DNA of 64,000 bases from Diplonema japonicum (lineage: Eukaryota > Protista > Euglenozoa: Diplonemea), in the NCBI GenBank assembly GCA_964019335.1, contig OZ025653.1, forward strand, positions 62,001 to 126,000, given 5' to 3'. A program made the position numbers and the translations under genes. The notes under the pieces were generated by a model. The model did no database searches and had not been told where the DNA came from. It saw only the letters and a program-made list of their open reading frames with translations. Positions 12,046 to 23,956 of the stretch are shown here, piece after piece (position 1 is the stretch's first letter; the number at the start of each line of letters is the position of its first letter).

Positions 12046-13037
12046 CTAGCCTTTGCTAGGTGTAAGTCTCTTTTCCATCGCACTCCGAATCCTTGCTTCG
12101 ATCTGCGTGGTTTGAGGTTACGAATAATAGTCTTTTGTAAGTATACCTTCGATCTTGTTTTCGGCTTGACATTGTGCTGCTTGCAGAATGTGGCGGAAAG
12201 GGATGCGGGAGTTGAACCTGGGAGCACCATAAGCCTTGCCACCGTCTTGCCGACGGTAAGGTTAACATGCATGATGCTGCTTGGGGCTGGGTTGCGGACT
12301 GGGCTGGCGTCTTGGTCTGGCATAGGTGTGCTGATGAGACGCCGCTTGTGGTTGCGAAGCGGTGAAGGCGAAGAAGGGACTGAACTAGGCGGGGCTGTGG
12401 TTGGCGTGGACACTATATGAGCACCGTTGTCGGAGAGAAGGGCACGTAGGTGCTTGATGACATCTAACTTGGCAGGAATTGGAGGGGGGAGGGAGCTTAG
12501 CGGTGGTGCCAATTCTCCAGAAAGTAGCGGCAGAGACTGTGCTGCTTCTGGTAGCGAAGAGTGTACGTCTGCAGGTGATGCGGGTGTTAGCATTGGAGAA
12601 TCACGCGGCGTTTGTGTTCTCTGCTGTGGCCTTTGCTCCCCATGTGCAGCAGTGTGGACAACGATGTCACACAGCGACACAAAGTCATCGTCGGCCTCCA
12701 CTACAGGTGCAGAGTCGCATACCTCATCTTTCCACAGCGGCTCGTCTACCTCTACCGTCTTCCATGTTACAGCAGCAGACACATGGGTCCCCCCTGAGCT
12801 GCAAGAACCCGAAGGAGAGTCCATACTATCGAGGTTAGGCATGGAAGGCACGGAAACCTGTTGCGTGTCGTATCCTGCCTCAGGCTCCAATTTCAAGTCC
12901 TGCCTTCCGCAATATACCAACCAGTCCTGTTCCCTCAGATGGTTCATATCGGGGACCTTCGTCTTGTCGGACCTATCACACACATCCTTCAGAGGTGTGG
13001 GGGGCACCACTTTCACAATAGGGATTGGCACAGGCAT
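12046..13037 (-). CDS. Hypothetical Pro/Ser-rich protein (~315 aa) with small conserved-looking C-terminal domain
   Basis: Intron 12103-12146 gives C-terminus 'KIEARIRSAMEKRLTPSKG*'; motif 'VNLTVGKTVARLMVLPGSTPASLSATFCKQHNV'. Confidence 0.6.
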
Positions 13038-13214
13038 CTTCGCCTTCTTCCTGTGGGTGATGTAGCCTTAAGAAAAAGAAGAAAACTGTCAAATCACCAA
13101 CCAAACTATGCAATGGGCATCTAATATGGAAAAGGATAGTCTGAATACCACAGCCCAAAACACTATAATACGTGTAGTCCACCCAATTTAATTCACGTTT
13201 GTAATAACATTCTT

Positions 13215-13938
13215 TCAAACAGACGACAAGGAGACGAGGGTGAAGTTCAGTTCATCAGGGTCGAGGCTCATGTACTGCTTGACATATGCGGCAGTGTCCT
13301 GTTTAAATATTGTGTGCGCGTTCACATACCTTAAGGAGCGTGGCCTCGGATGAGGGACCGCAGTTGACTGGGCAAGGCTTCCTGCCGTCGAGTTCGTAGA
13401 GGTGGCCGTCCTTGGTGACATAGCAGATGAAGTGCAGGTTGATCTTGGCGTCGATGTGTTGGTTCTCCGTTTGTCCTTGCTGGGCGGCAGTGCCTTGTGC
13501 CTCCTCAATCTTGTCGTCTGACTCGAGGAACTGTGCACGCTCGGCAGGGGTCTTGCCCTCGGTCTCCTTGATGAGGGAGGTGATGAAGCCCTCGTTGAAC
13601 TCCATCTTGTCCTTGTTGTTGACGAGAGCGTGGCAGATGCCTACCGTGCCGCAAGCATTCCCAATGGTCTGCCTCATAAACCACACGTTCTCAGACAGGG
13701 TCTGCCCCTTCTCTTTGATGTCGTCAAGCTGCTTCCTCACCCACTCGTCGTTGTTCTTCGTGATGGGAAACAAAAACAGCACAGCGTGCGAGGGCTGCGG
13801 CACCATCTGCAGCAGCTCCTCATCCATGCCGAACACATCACAGAATTGGATCTTCGTTCCCACCACACCCAAGCTCTTGATGTAGTTGTTTATCACCTCC
13901 GGGTTGCTCTCCAAAGGGAACCATTTCTTGTCGCTCAT
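13215..13938 (-). CDS. UCHL3: Ubiquitin C-terminal hydrolase (peptidase C12, UCHL3-like), 230 aa
   Basis: 'WFPLESNPEV', catalytic 'QTIGNACGT', 'LHFICY', 'LYELDGRK'; 31-nt intron 13299-13329 restores the C-terminus. Confidence 0.92.
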
Positions 13939-14386
13939 GTTTAACTGTGCTTATAAACCGTGTCTGTAAACGATACCATCTCTAACAGCGGGTTCTCAAA
14001 AAGAAAATAGAAGAGACAAAGGAGGCCAGTGTTGGTGGCGCCTTGCACAAGCATTGTCTACCTGATTACAAAAAGTAAAGTAAAGGAAAAAAATCACGCT
14101 GACAAATGTCCGAAGTCTGGCCGGCCATTTGTCAGTCCGACATCTCTCACTTCACAGTTTGTTGTTTAGCTTCAACGCTATCAAGATAAGCCAGCTAGGT
14201 CACAATACGATAAAAGGAACCTAATTCGTCTAAACACTGGTTTACCTTATTTATCTCTTCCGGACCCTTGTTATATATTTAATTGTTTCTTTGAATATGA
14301 GATAGAGGAGGAAGAAGAAAAAAAGCGAAAGTATTAAACGAAATGCTATCGGTGTGGCGAAACATATTATTATAGATCTTAAATCC

Positions 14387-15415
14387 TTAAACAATGGTGA
14401 TGAAGCTCAGGAAATACTCGATGAGAGTAAAAGGCAAGAGGGGGATGCTCAGGAAGAAGGGGAGGCCTTCAACTACTGTGCTAAGCTGGAACATAAGACC
14501 GATGAAGCCGAGGGCGACAGCGCTCCACGAGCTGACCTATAAAAATGATTGTGGTGTGGCATTACGTGGCAATGTGCATACCGTGTGCGACGGCTCCTCA
14601 TTGATAAGGCCCCTCTTGTGCGCAAAGGCGAAGATGGCAGCAGACAAGATGTTCCCGCCCCTCATGGCAGAGTGGAACGCAGAAATAATGCGCTGCAGCG
14701 TCCAAGCAATAATGACAGCAGGCAGCCTGCACGCAAACTGCACAAGAAGCGGGGTCCATCTCCAGTGCTCCTCCGGCAGCAATGCTTTTATGATTGGGCT
14801 CACAAACTGCTTCCCAATATGTTGTTCGATAACCTCACCTACTGAAGCACCCAAGGCCACTACTTGCGCAAAATGGTTGCGTAAACAGGCCAAGATAGCA
14901 GTGACACCAGCGTAAAACCCGATCATCGCTGCCCTGCAGTCGTCTGGGTTAACCGTCGCTAGCACCATGGACCCGTTACGCTTCATCCACTCTTCTGCAG
15001 ACAGTCCCTTCTGTTTTTCCTTCTCGTTCCCGTACAACTCGATCACAGCCTTCACGTCATCCTCGATCTTAAGCCATGCCTTCACCATGGGGTCCTTCCC
15101 TACAAGCCTGAAGGCTTCGACAGCAGTGATTGTGAAGATGAACGAGCTGCCGAAGAAGGTGAGGATGAACCCCCACACAAGGCTGACTTCGTCCCACACG
15201 GGCAGCAGGAATGTGTAGCCCTTTTTACACAGGTCCCACAGTTTCGGGAGATGCGGCAGGACAAGGTCGATGACGGTCAGCACGGCCATCACCACGGGGC
15301 GTATCGTGTTTGCGTACTTCTTGTACTTTTCGGGGACTCTCTCCTTGTACTTGTCAAAGATCTCCCCGCCACGCTCTGCAACAGACTCGCTGCGCTGGTT
15401 GCTCTTCGTCGCCAT
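14387..15415 (-). CDS. Uncharacterised multi-pass membrane protein (~327 aa)
   Basis: ATG 15415; intron 14537-14581; several hydrophobic helices; motif 'QRIISAFHSAMRGG'. Confidence 0.75.
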
Positions 15416-15514
15416 AGTTAACCTCCCTTTGCTGCAGTGGAGGGGTGAAGGGGGAAGGAACAAATGTCAACAAGTAAGAAAGTAAAAAAACTTACAACTA
15501 CCCCCAGTCCTACC

Positions 15515-15747
15515 TCAAGTAGGTTTCCGTTTAATGTGTTTCAAATTCTTAACAGTGGAGTAAATGGTGGCGACGTCCCTCCGTACTGGCGGGGGTAGCA
15601 TCATGCTGGGGTCTGGCTTGGCGTGCTTCTTCCCCATCTCAATCACTGTGTTCATTTCCACTATCATTACACCTACCTGCAGGGTGTGACATGTTGCATG
15701 AAGCATACCGATGCAATGAAAGCGACTCCTGCGGTGCCCGACGACAT
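15515..15747 (-). CDS. Putative spliced microprotein (66 aa) with hydrophobic N-terminus
   Basis: ATG 15747 and 32-nt GTATGC..CTGCAG intron 15677-15708 give MSSGTAGVAFIAS|VGVMIVEMNTVIEMGKKHAKPDPSMMLPPPVRRDVATIYSTVKNLKHIKRKPT*. Confidence 0.55.
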
Positions 15748-15802
15748 CTCCTTCTCGTGTAACCTGGGTGCGTGGTGCATGGTACATTGGAAAATTAATT
15801 AA

Positions 15803-16170
15803 CCACTAAAGGACCATGAGGACATATGTGTCCTTAAGAAAAATTATCTTTTCTATGTGACACTTTTTGTGCCCCACAGCCCCTGGACTTTACTAAGACC
15901 CATTGTTCCGCGATTTTCTTTTATTTGAAATACCCTTTGCGCGAAGAATAAACAAAAACCCGTCCCCAAGGGGGTTGCTTGGTGTCCTTTTGTACTAAGT
16001 AAGCCCCCCTGCATGAAAAATAAACTGTTTTTTTTACCCCCCTGGGTCACGTGCTTTTTAAAGGGTATAGTGTACTTTCCTATGGTTAAACTCTCGCATT
16101 TTCTTTTTCCGGGTTCGTAAATAGACAGTCCTTGGCACTTTTTTCGCCAAAACCCCCGGTCCTTTAGTGG
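15803..16170. mobile_element. Non-autonomous piggyBac-type MITE (368 bp)
   Basis: Perfect 13-bp TIRs CCACTAAAGGACC (15803-15815) / GGTCCTTTAGTGG (16158-16170); TTAA on both sides (15799-15802, 16171-16174); subterminal hairpin AGGACA-tatg-TGTCCT (15819-15834); no transposase ORF. Confidence 0.85.
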
Positions 16171-16624
16171 TTAAAAACAAAATCTCCATGTATTGGCTTT
16201 ACTTAAACTTTACCCACCAAAAAAAAAAAGAGAAAAACATGAGAAGAAAGTTCAAAAAAAAAAGAGAAAAAGAGGAAGAAAAAAAAAAAAGAAAACATTA
16301 CTTCATTGAAAAGACCTTTCAAATATATAAAGGGGAATAAAACAAGGGAATAAAACGAATGAAGGAAAAACAGCTCATGTTCTTTTAAGTGTTCTCTGAG
16401 TGTCCCCTCCATCCAATCTGCAATATGGGTGTCACCGCTGCATTGTCACCAAAGACGAGGTAGGCGGTCAAGCTTTAGCATATTGCATTGCTTCTGCTTT
16501 GCATTGTTCAAAATGGGATTTTCCTGAGCTTGCCTGTGGGTCAGAATACTGGTGGCACGGTGGGAGGGAAATGAGGTAGCCCTGCGAGATGCTCAAAAAC
16601 AGTAAAAAACCCGAGTATCCAGAC

Positions 16625-17677
16625 TTAGTTGTGATTAACTGGGGGTCTTCCGATCTCTGGGTTGATAAAGCTCCAGTGCTTGTTCTCAAAGGCTTCAAGA
16701 TACCAGTCAATCGTTTGTCGCATGCCTTCCTGGAAATCGATCTCCTTTGTCCACCCTAGATCCAGAAGCTTGGAGGTGTTCACACAGTAGCGGAAGTCGT
16801 TGAAGTCACGGTCAGGGACAGCGGTCATCCATTCCTCCACCTTCTGGCCGGGCTTCATCTCCTTGATGAGCAGCTGCGCGATTGCTTCGACAGACTGCTC
16901 GTCCTCCGTCCCGATGTTGTATGTCTCGCCCAGCACCCCCTTCTCCAACACGATTGTGAAAGCACGCGCAGCATCTTTGCTGTGCACGAATGTCCTCATC
17001 TGCTTCCCCGATCCTTGAATTGTCATCTTTTCGTTCCTCGACAGAAGCCACACAAACCTGGGAATCACCTTCTCGGGGTACTGCCGGGGCCCATACACAT
17101 TGTTCCCCCTGGTGATCACGATGGGGAGGTCGAAGGACTTCCTGTACGCCTTGACAATGAATTCTGCTGCTGCCTTTGTAGCGGCATAGGGGTTCGTGGG
17201 GTTCAGGAGGGCACCTTCCAGCTGTGAGTCATTCACCTCACCGTACACCTCGTCGGTGGACACGTGGACAAACTTCCCTAGTTTGCCATAGACCTTGCCG
17301 CACTCAAGCAGGTTGTGGGTCCCCAGAACATTGTTCTTCGTGAAACACATGCTGTTCCCAAAGCTATTATCGACATGGCTCTGCGCAGCAAAGTGGATTA
17401 TTGTGTCGATATCGTAGCTCTTCAACAGGTGCATCACAAGGTCCGGGCTGCAGATGTCCCCCTTGATGAAGGTGTAGTTTGCCAGGTCGGGCGCGATGTT
17501 CTTCTCGTTAGCAACATAGTCCATTATGTCCAGGTTGTAGAGGTGGCACTCGGGGTGCAGGGGAGCAAAGTAGTTTATAAAGTTACTACCGATGAACCCG
17601 CAGCCGCCCGTCACGAGGATGTTCTTCATGGGCCTGTCACCCTTCCTCGTCCTGGTTTCCTGTACTTCTTCAATCAT
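16625..17677 (-). CDS. TGDS: dTDP/UDP-glucose 4,6-dehydratase (extended SDR; TGDS/RHM N-terminal-like)
   Basis: GGCGFIG, 'HFAAQSHVDNSF', 'HVSTDEVYG', YAATK, 'RGNNVYGPRQYPEK'; intronless. Confidence 0.93.
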   Translation of the reverse strand: MIEEVQETRTRKGDRPMKNILVTGGCGFIGSNFINYFAPLHPECHLYNLDIMDYVANEKNIAPDLANYTFIKGDICSPDLVMHLLKSYDIDTIIHFAAQSHVDNSFGNSMCFTKNNVLGTHNLLECGKVYGKLGKFVHVSTDEVYGEVNDSQLEGALLNPTNPYAATKAAAEFIVKAYRKSFDLPIVITRGNNVYGPRQYPEKVIPRFVWLLSRNEKMTIQGSGKQMRTFVHSKDAARAFTIVLEKGVLGETYNIGTEDEQSVEAIAQLLIKEMKPGQKVEEWMTAVPDRDFNDFRYCVNTSKLLDLGWTKEIDFQEGMRQTIDWYLEAFENKHWSFINPEIGRPPVNHN

Positions 17678-18112
17678 TTTATCTTTATAACTCCTGGAGG
17701 GCTCCGGTCAGTGGTAGTGTTTGGGAAAGAAAAAAAAAAAGAAGGTTACACGCTACCGTCAGCGCCAGTACAGCTATTCAAGACTTGTAGCTAACGGAAG
17801 AAAAGAAATCTGGGGAAAATCTTGGGTGGGGAGGGGAATATTTGATTTGCGGTGCATCAACAAACGAAAAAAGACAAAAATTGTAAAAAAAAAAAATCAA
17901 ACGGGATGGGCACAGCCTTGCCAGGCTAAGTAGGGGTAACAATCGTGGCAACCCCAACTATAAGACTGTGCAACCACACCACATGAGCTGCCTTTGCCAC
18001 AAACACAACACATGCTTGAGACGTCACACGAGCCAAAGACGGAGCGGTAGGACAAAGAACGATAGATGGGCTTTGTGAATTCCAAGGCCCGATCGCTGGC
18101 TTACGTTTTATC

Positions 18113-19397
18113 TTAGATACCAAGGATCTGGAATAGTTTGAAACACGGGCTTACGACCACCCACCCAACGACAGCATAGGTGAGCAGCCTTTCTACCGGC
18201 TTCTTATCCCAATTCTTCGTAGTACTCACCGGAAAAGGGCTGAGGATGAACTGCAAGAAAATCTGTACAAAAAAAAAAACCTTTTTCACGTGACTGACAA
18301 TATACCTGAATAGCTGGCTTAGCGCAGGACCTTGCTGCCAGCACACACACCATACCAGGAACAAACCTCTTGACGGCAAAAACAAGACCCTCGTATGTCA
18401 TCAAAGGAGCACCCCGGAGCGTAGCAATCATGGCGGCAGCCTCTTCGGTGTGGTACTCCGACCTCCAGATGCCTGTAATGACGCCGAGCACGACCCCCGT
18501 GAAGTAGACAGCGTACTCGTAACTGGGTGTGGGCTTCATGGGTTTGGGGTAACAGAAGATAAGAAGGTTGGAGAAGACTAGCTGGTACAGCGGCACCAAG
18601 CAGTCGGATGTGATCCACGAGTCAACGTAGTCGCTGAAGGGAATGTAGAAGAAGAGGCACGCCAGTGCAAGAACGAAGCCCACGGCAACGTCGATGGGGC
18701 TGTGCATGCCGAGGTAGATGCGCCCGTACATAATGACGAAGCACCAGGCGATCGAGAAGGCCGCCGTTAGCAGGCTCACGCTAGAATCGCCGTCACCTGC
18801 GTAATCGAACAGCATAAGATAGCCGAGGACTGCAACGGTGTTGATGGTGTGGGTGGAGGGCAGGCCGTATTCGTGGCTTCCCTGCGACTGCTCCTTGTTC
18901 GACACGACAAGCCGCACGCCCTGTGTCCAGTCAGGGCGCGGGCTGCAGATCACATCTTTGAATGCGTTACCCACGTAGATGAGCACAGCGCAGAGAATGG
19001 TGAGATGCCTGGCCAGTCTGAGCTCGCCCCCCCAAAAGAGGAACGGGAGGAAAGTGATGTAGAAAGACACGCCGCAGCTGAAAGAAGCAACCTCCAAAAA
19101 CACATCGGCGGCACGGCTGTTGTACTTCTGAACGGCTTTCACCATTGCCGTCTCGCGCTTCACCTCTGCAACAGCCCAGGGCCTGACGAGGTTCCTGAGC
19201 GGGAGGTACACCCACGGGAAGAAAGCAACCACGATGAAAGTGACCATTGCAAGAATCAAGCCGATCATCACCATGCTGTCAGAGACACCCTCATGGTACC
19301 CTTTGGTGTACGCCTCAGCTGTCTCAGGGTTGTTCTTGACGTAGACACTTTCCTTCGGCACGACCAGCAAGCTCGCAAGCCCCTTGCGCCACTGCAT
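18113..19397 (-). CDS. SGPP: Sphingosine-1-phosphate phosphatase-like PAP2 lipid phosphatase (~413 aa)
   Basis: PAP2 motifs 'KDVICSPRP', 'EYGLPSTH', 'GRIYLGMHSPIDV'; intron 18263-18305. Confidence 0.88.
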
Positions 19398-20913
19398 CTT
19401 AATACACCTGAGGTAAGGGTATGAGCTTGGGAAAACAAAGAAGTGCATTATTGGTGAGAAGTGTTGCAATCACCCATCTTAAAAAATAAATATAAAAAAA
19501 GAAGAAAAAACCAACTAACCTAGTCATAGTCATATTTGCAATGCGTACGCCAGCGTATTAGAGCAAAGAGGGCTGGAACACGGCACCGCTTTCGGCGACC
19601 GTTCCAGCAGCTGCTAGCCATACGCAATATACGCAAGTAGAGTGAGGATGAGGGGGAAAAGGAGCAAAGGTCAGGTGGACTGATGAAAGACGACCTTTAA
19701 GTGATGGTAGGTAAGTACGGTGTTAAAAAAACATGAACACAAAGAAATGACAAATGACGAAGAAACGAGTCCATCATGTGGATATGTATGAACTGCTATC
19801 GAGTGGACGGGTGTCCATGACAGAAAAGAAGCCTCTGCTGCCGCTGCTGCTGCTGAACAAAAGTAAATCGCTCCCCCACCGCCTCGACAATTACTATTTA
19901 CCTTTCGCTGAAGAAGAAGATAAAAAAAAAAAAAAAACCTCGCTATGATGGGCGGGCGGGGATAGAAGGACCCATTAAAAGAACAAAGAAATCAAATTAC
20001 AACGTTTTGGAATACTGTTAAGTGAAGTGTCAGGCCGATAAGTACCCGAACGCTGGAAAAAAAAATCGAACATTTATCATTCTGGCACTTTTTCTTTAGT
20101 AATAATAAAAAATATATATGTAAGCACTCGCTGAAGCAATAAACGTTTTGTATTCAGCCCCATTCAGAGAAGGAACATGCTCTTCACCTCAGTCCACAGA
20201 GCACTTGGAATCTGAGAGATATGTCACCTTAAAGTTATCTTACGTTTCTTTTTTTCTCCCTCACAGGAAGAAAGCTTACTTTAATATATCACAAGGGGGG
20301 AAAAGGAAAAGGAAGTGTCGCTCAGCGCGGTGTTACCTGATACGAGATAATGGTGTAACGCATAATAAAAAAAAGTACTGTAAACCTCCGAAGTCTCGAA
20401 GTACTTCTCGGGACAAAGGGACAGCGATGCATGAACTTCCTCTTTCTTCCGCTCTTCCGCATTACCTCTCCCGAGGCAACATTAAGAGGCCTAGTACCAT
20501 TGTGTCTAACAACAACAGACCCTTTCCTTGGTCATAAGTATAAAGAAATATCACATGCTTCTGCATTAAAAAAAAAAGCAAAAAGCATCACGCGCATGCA
20601 ACCACGAAGGGAGGGGGAGGAGGAGGAGGGTGGGGGGGACTAGAAAAAGGGATTCGCTCAGCTTTCCTTTTACGAGTAACTTTTACAACGTTTTCTTTTT
20701 TTCTTTTCTTCCGTTTTTGCTGAAGGTTGTTTAAGTAGCACACAAAGATAGAGAAAAGGAAGGGATGCCCGACTATCTGTAATGATGTCATCAGGGCTAA
20801 GTAAGTGCTAAGAACAAGAATCAACGTTTTCCTTTTTATTTTACCTTTTACCTTTATTTATTCTTTTTGTTTTCCCTTCTTTTTAGAGCCTTCAACAGCA
20901 AAAGAACCTTTTA

Positions 20914-23105
20914 TCAGAATGCCATAGCCATCTGGTCCTTCGCTCTGTAAGTGAGGTCAAGGACAGACCAACGGAATCTTTCAGCGAACCTCCTTGCAAA
21001 GATCTGGCCTCGTACACTGTTTCCTGTGGAGTCCAGTCTGGGGGAGCGGACACATAACCCGAGGACGCCAGGTACTACGACATAAATTGCACCCGACACT
21101 CCGCTCTTTGCAGGCAGACCCACAGTGCACGCCCAGTTCCCGCTGCTGTTGTACATCCCACAGCTGTAGCAAACCTGAAGCGTCGACCTGACTGTTTCCC
21201 ATCCCATTATCTTCTTCCCTGTCAGGGGGTTTGTCCCCCAGTTTGCAAACGTGGCTGCGATAGTGGCACAGGCCCTGCTGTTCATCGACACGGAACACGA
21301 CTTCAAATAAAACTCGATCTCCTTCGCAAGGTCCTCGTGCCTGCCATGGCATGTTTCATCCCCCCCGAGACATACTTCTTGATGTGATCAGGGAAGCATC
21401 CCTCTGCAGCTAGCAAATTCGCTATGGCGTAGTTCTTATAAGCCGTGCTCTGCTCTGATTTGAACACTTTCTTGTCCAGCTTCACATCCTGATTTCCCGC
21501 AAGGTCCTGCACCAGATCCATGTAAGACGACAGTCTCTCGGAATCTGTTGTTGTTTACGTGGTTTGTTTTCTTTGGATTAGATACTTTCAGCTGTGCTCT
21601 TGTACATGCTGCCAGTGACCAAGCAGCCTGCATTGGTGACGGGGTTGAAGGGCTTCCCATTTGCTAGCTCGAAGTTATCGAACTGCCTTCCGCTGGGCTC
21701 AGTACCGACGTACTTGTGCACCTCCTCGTCGCCTTTCTCCTCCAAGGCAGCTGCATAAATGAAAGGCTTGCCACATGATTGCAGCGTGAAGGCCTCCTCG
21801 TCACCAAACACGAACTGCTGCCCTTCGACTGTGCACACAGATACCGAGAAGAGCTCTGGGTCCACCATCCCCTCGGCCAGGTTAGGAATGTACGCAGCGT
21901 TGTTACCCTCGTTGGGCCCCAGCATCACCTCGTGACACAGCTCGTCTAGCATTTTCACGAACGCACCCCAATTACTGATGGCGCCTTGTGCCATCGCCAG
22001 CTTGCACATTGATACAGTGTCTGAGGTGTCCGACCCCGCCATCGCCACCCTCAACGCCTCACGTGTCACGATATGCCCGAGCTGCGCAGTGCTTACATTA
22101 TTTCTTGTGCCATACCTGTTTGTTCTTGTCTAGCAAACCGACGATGCTGCTGAAAACACTGATGTGTGAAGCAGAGCTGAGCTGCTTGAACGTCTTAAGA
22201 CAGGCCTTCTTTGTGTCCCACTTCTTCAGGTCATCACTCTCAGATGACGGCTTGGCTGCGGCAACAACCTCGGTGAACAAAAGCTGATTGACTGCGATAT
22301 TGACGCCGTATTCCTTGAAGAGGAAAAGGCAAAGTCCCGGCAGGGGTATGGGGTCTGTCAATGTGATGCGGCAGAACTCCTCCAACCCGGTAACGAACTG
22401 CTTGAAGGTCCTGCTCCTCTCGTTGAAGAGGGCAGTGATGGTAGACGGAGATCGCAGCAGCTTGTCTTCGACGACAGCACCGTTCTCCTTTAATACGTTG
22501 GCCACATCGTTGTGGACGTTGGTGAGAGCAGCCTTCAGGGGGGTCGTGCCCCACCTGTCCTTTGTATTGATATCCGCTCCTTCGCCGATCAGCGCCTCCA
22601 CGATTTCTAGGTGGCCTTCCTCACACGCAATGTGTAGGGCTGTCCTCTTCCCGTAGTCCACCACGTTCACGTTAATGCCTGTTTTCAAAAGTGCCTGCAG
22701 CTCGTCTAGATTGCCACCGGATGCACACGCACACAGCTGCGCCGCACGTTCAGTCTCTTTCCGTCCCTCCTCATCCGCAGGAGTGAGGTTCGGCCCTCCT
22801 GCCGGGATGCTGGTGTCAGCCTTCAACCTGACTGCATCGCCCTGTAACTCATGGACCAACTGCTCCAAACCTTTCACCTTCCCTGACAAGACAGCATTAG
22901 TCGCCTTTTCAGCCATCAGTGAGTTCTGCACCTCGACATACGTCGACTGCAGCTTTCTGAAGGCCTCCTTAATCTCGGGTACTGTCGCGGTCTCTAAGAA
23001 TGTATCAGCATCACCTGACTCGACACCACCAGGCGTCACACTGTCCAACCTCTTCTTCTCTTGCCTATTCTCATTCTTCTTCTCAACTGAACTGCTGGAT
23101 CCCAT
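20914..23105 (-). CDS. GLS: Glutaminase with N-terminal myristoylation signal, coiled coil and ankyrin repeats (~693 aa)
   Basis: Introns 22082-22115, 21545-21585, 21341-21375; 'AAYIPNLA', catalytic 'LQSCGKPF', 'VGTEPSG', 'PFNPVTNAG', 'SCGMYNSSG', 'GLPAKSGVSG', 'SPRLDSTGNSVRG'. Confidence 0.92.
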
Positions 23106-23146
23106 GCCTGTGGTGTGTTGGTACAAGTGATAACGAAGAAAACCTA

Positions 23147-23956
23147 CTACACAATATCGGGTGTGTCTTTAAGGGAGACCCTTGTTGGCAGGAGCCACAA
23201 GTAGAAGGGACCGAGGACCTCGTAGAGGTTGCCCACGATGCCCTTAGAGTAGTCGCCGCCACCTGTCTCGTTATCATAAGTTGTGGAATTATGTAACAAG
23301 AGATAAGTGGTCCAGAAAAGGAAAGTGGAAGCGAAAAGTGTCATGGGGAAGACGATAATACTGAAGAAAGAGATGTAGACACTGCGGAAGATGGCACTCC
23401 ATCCGATTGTGGTACCAGTGCGGGGGTCAGGCTTGCTCATGAGGTACAGGGAAACGAGGTACCAGTAGTGGGTTATGGTGGTTGTGATATACAAAATGAA
23501 CAGGAAGAAGGCCTTGTGGTTCGCCCTCCCCACGCAGTTGTCGACCCAATCGCAATGGTGATCAAAGCGGGCGACGCAACGTCGGCATCTGCTGCAGTGA
23601 TGTGCGCGCTCAGGGCGCGCCATGTTGCAACGCTGACACTTTCCCCCAGCGGGAGCGGCCTCAGCAGGATCAGCTGTGACTGAGGGATCGATGTAGAACG
23701 CCATGAAGTATGCATACAGCGTCAGCACTACAAGACTGTTGCACACCACGTACTGCAAACCGTACCAAACATCAGACTTCTCTTTATACTTATACACAAC
23801 AGGAAGGAAGACAACTAACGACAAGTACAAATACGTTCCCATGCACCACGAAATGAACCCCGCCAAACCCCACCCCCTCTCTTCCCTCTGCGGGGGAAGC
23901 GTCGGCTCAACTATTACTACATGTTTGGGGCTCTCCGGATCAGCCCTATTTTTCAT
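23147..23956 (-). CDS. DHHC palmitoyl acyltransferase
   Basis: '[30 protein letters not shown]', four TM segments, 'NSTTYD' (TTxE-like). Confidence 0.93.
   Translation of the reverse strand: MKNRADPESPKHVVIVEPTLPPQREERGWGLAGFISWCMGTYLYLSLVVFLPVVYKYKEKSDVWYGLQYVVCNSLVVLTLYAYFMAFYIDPSVTADPAEAAPAGGKCQRCNMARPERAHHCSRCRRCVARFDHHCDWVDNCVGRANHKAFFLFILYITTTITHYWYLVSLYLMSKPDPRTGTTIGWSAIFRSVYISFFSIIVFPMTLFASTFLFWTTYLLLHNSTTYDNETGGGDYSKGIVGNLYEVLGPFYLWLLPTRVSLKDTPDIV

Noticed and set aside
16203-16710. ORFs 16203-16412 and 16468-16710
   Set aside because: These are a poly-U tract translation and a 3'UTR overlap with the dehydratase gene; no motif support.
18204-18230. 27-nt GTGAGT..AAG in-frame intron candidate in the S1P phosphatase
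   Set aside because: It is shorter than the other introns, stop-free, and reads plausibly as coding sequence.
19640-20910. Small ORFs, C/D snoRNAs or TIR elements in the long AT-rich gap
   Set aside because: The ORFs are low-complexity products of A/T tracts; I found no convincing box C/D pair or terminal inverted repeats, only a short GAAGTACTTC palindrome.
20914-23956. Functional coupling of the DHHC enzyme with the adjacent myristoylated glutaminase
   Set aside because: The glutaminase N-terminus has no Cys near Gly2, and adjacency in such clusters does not imply shared function.
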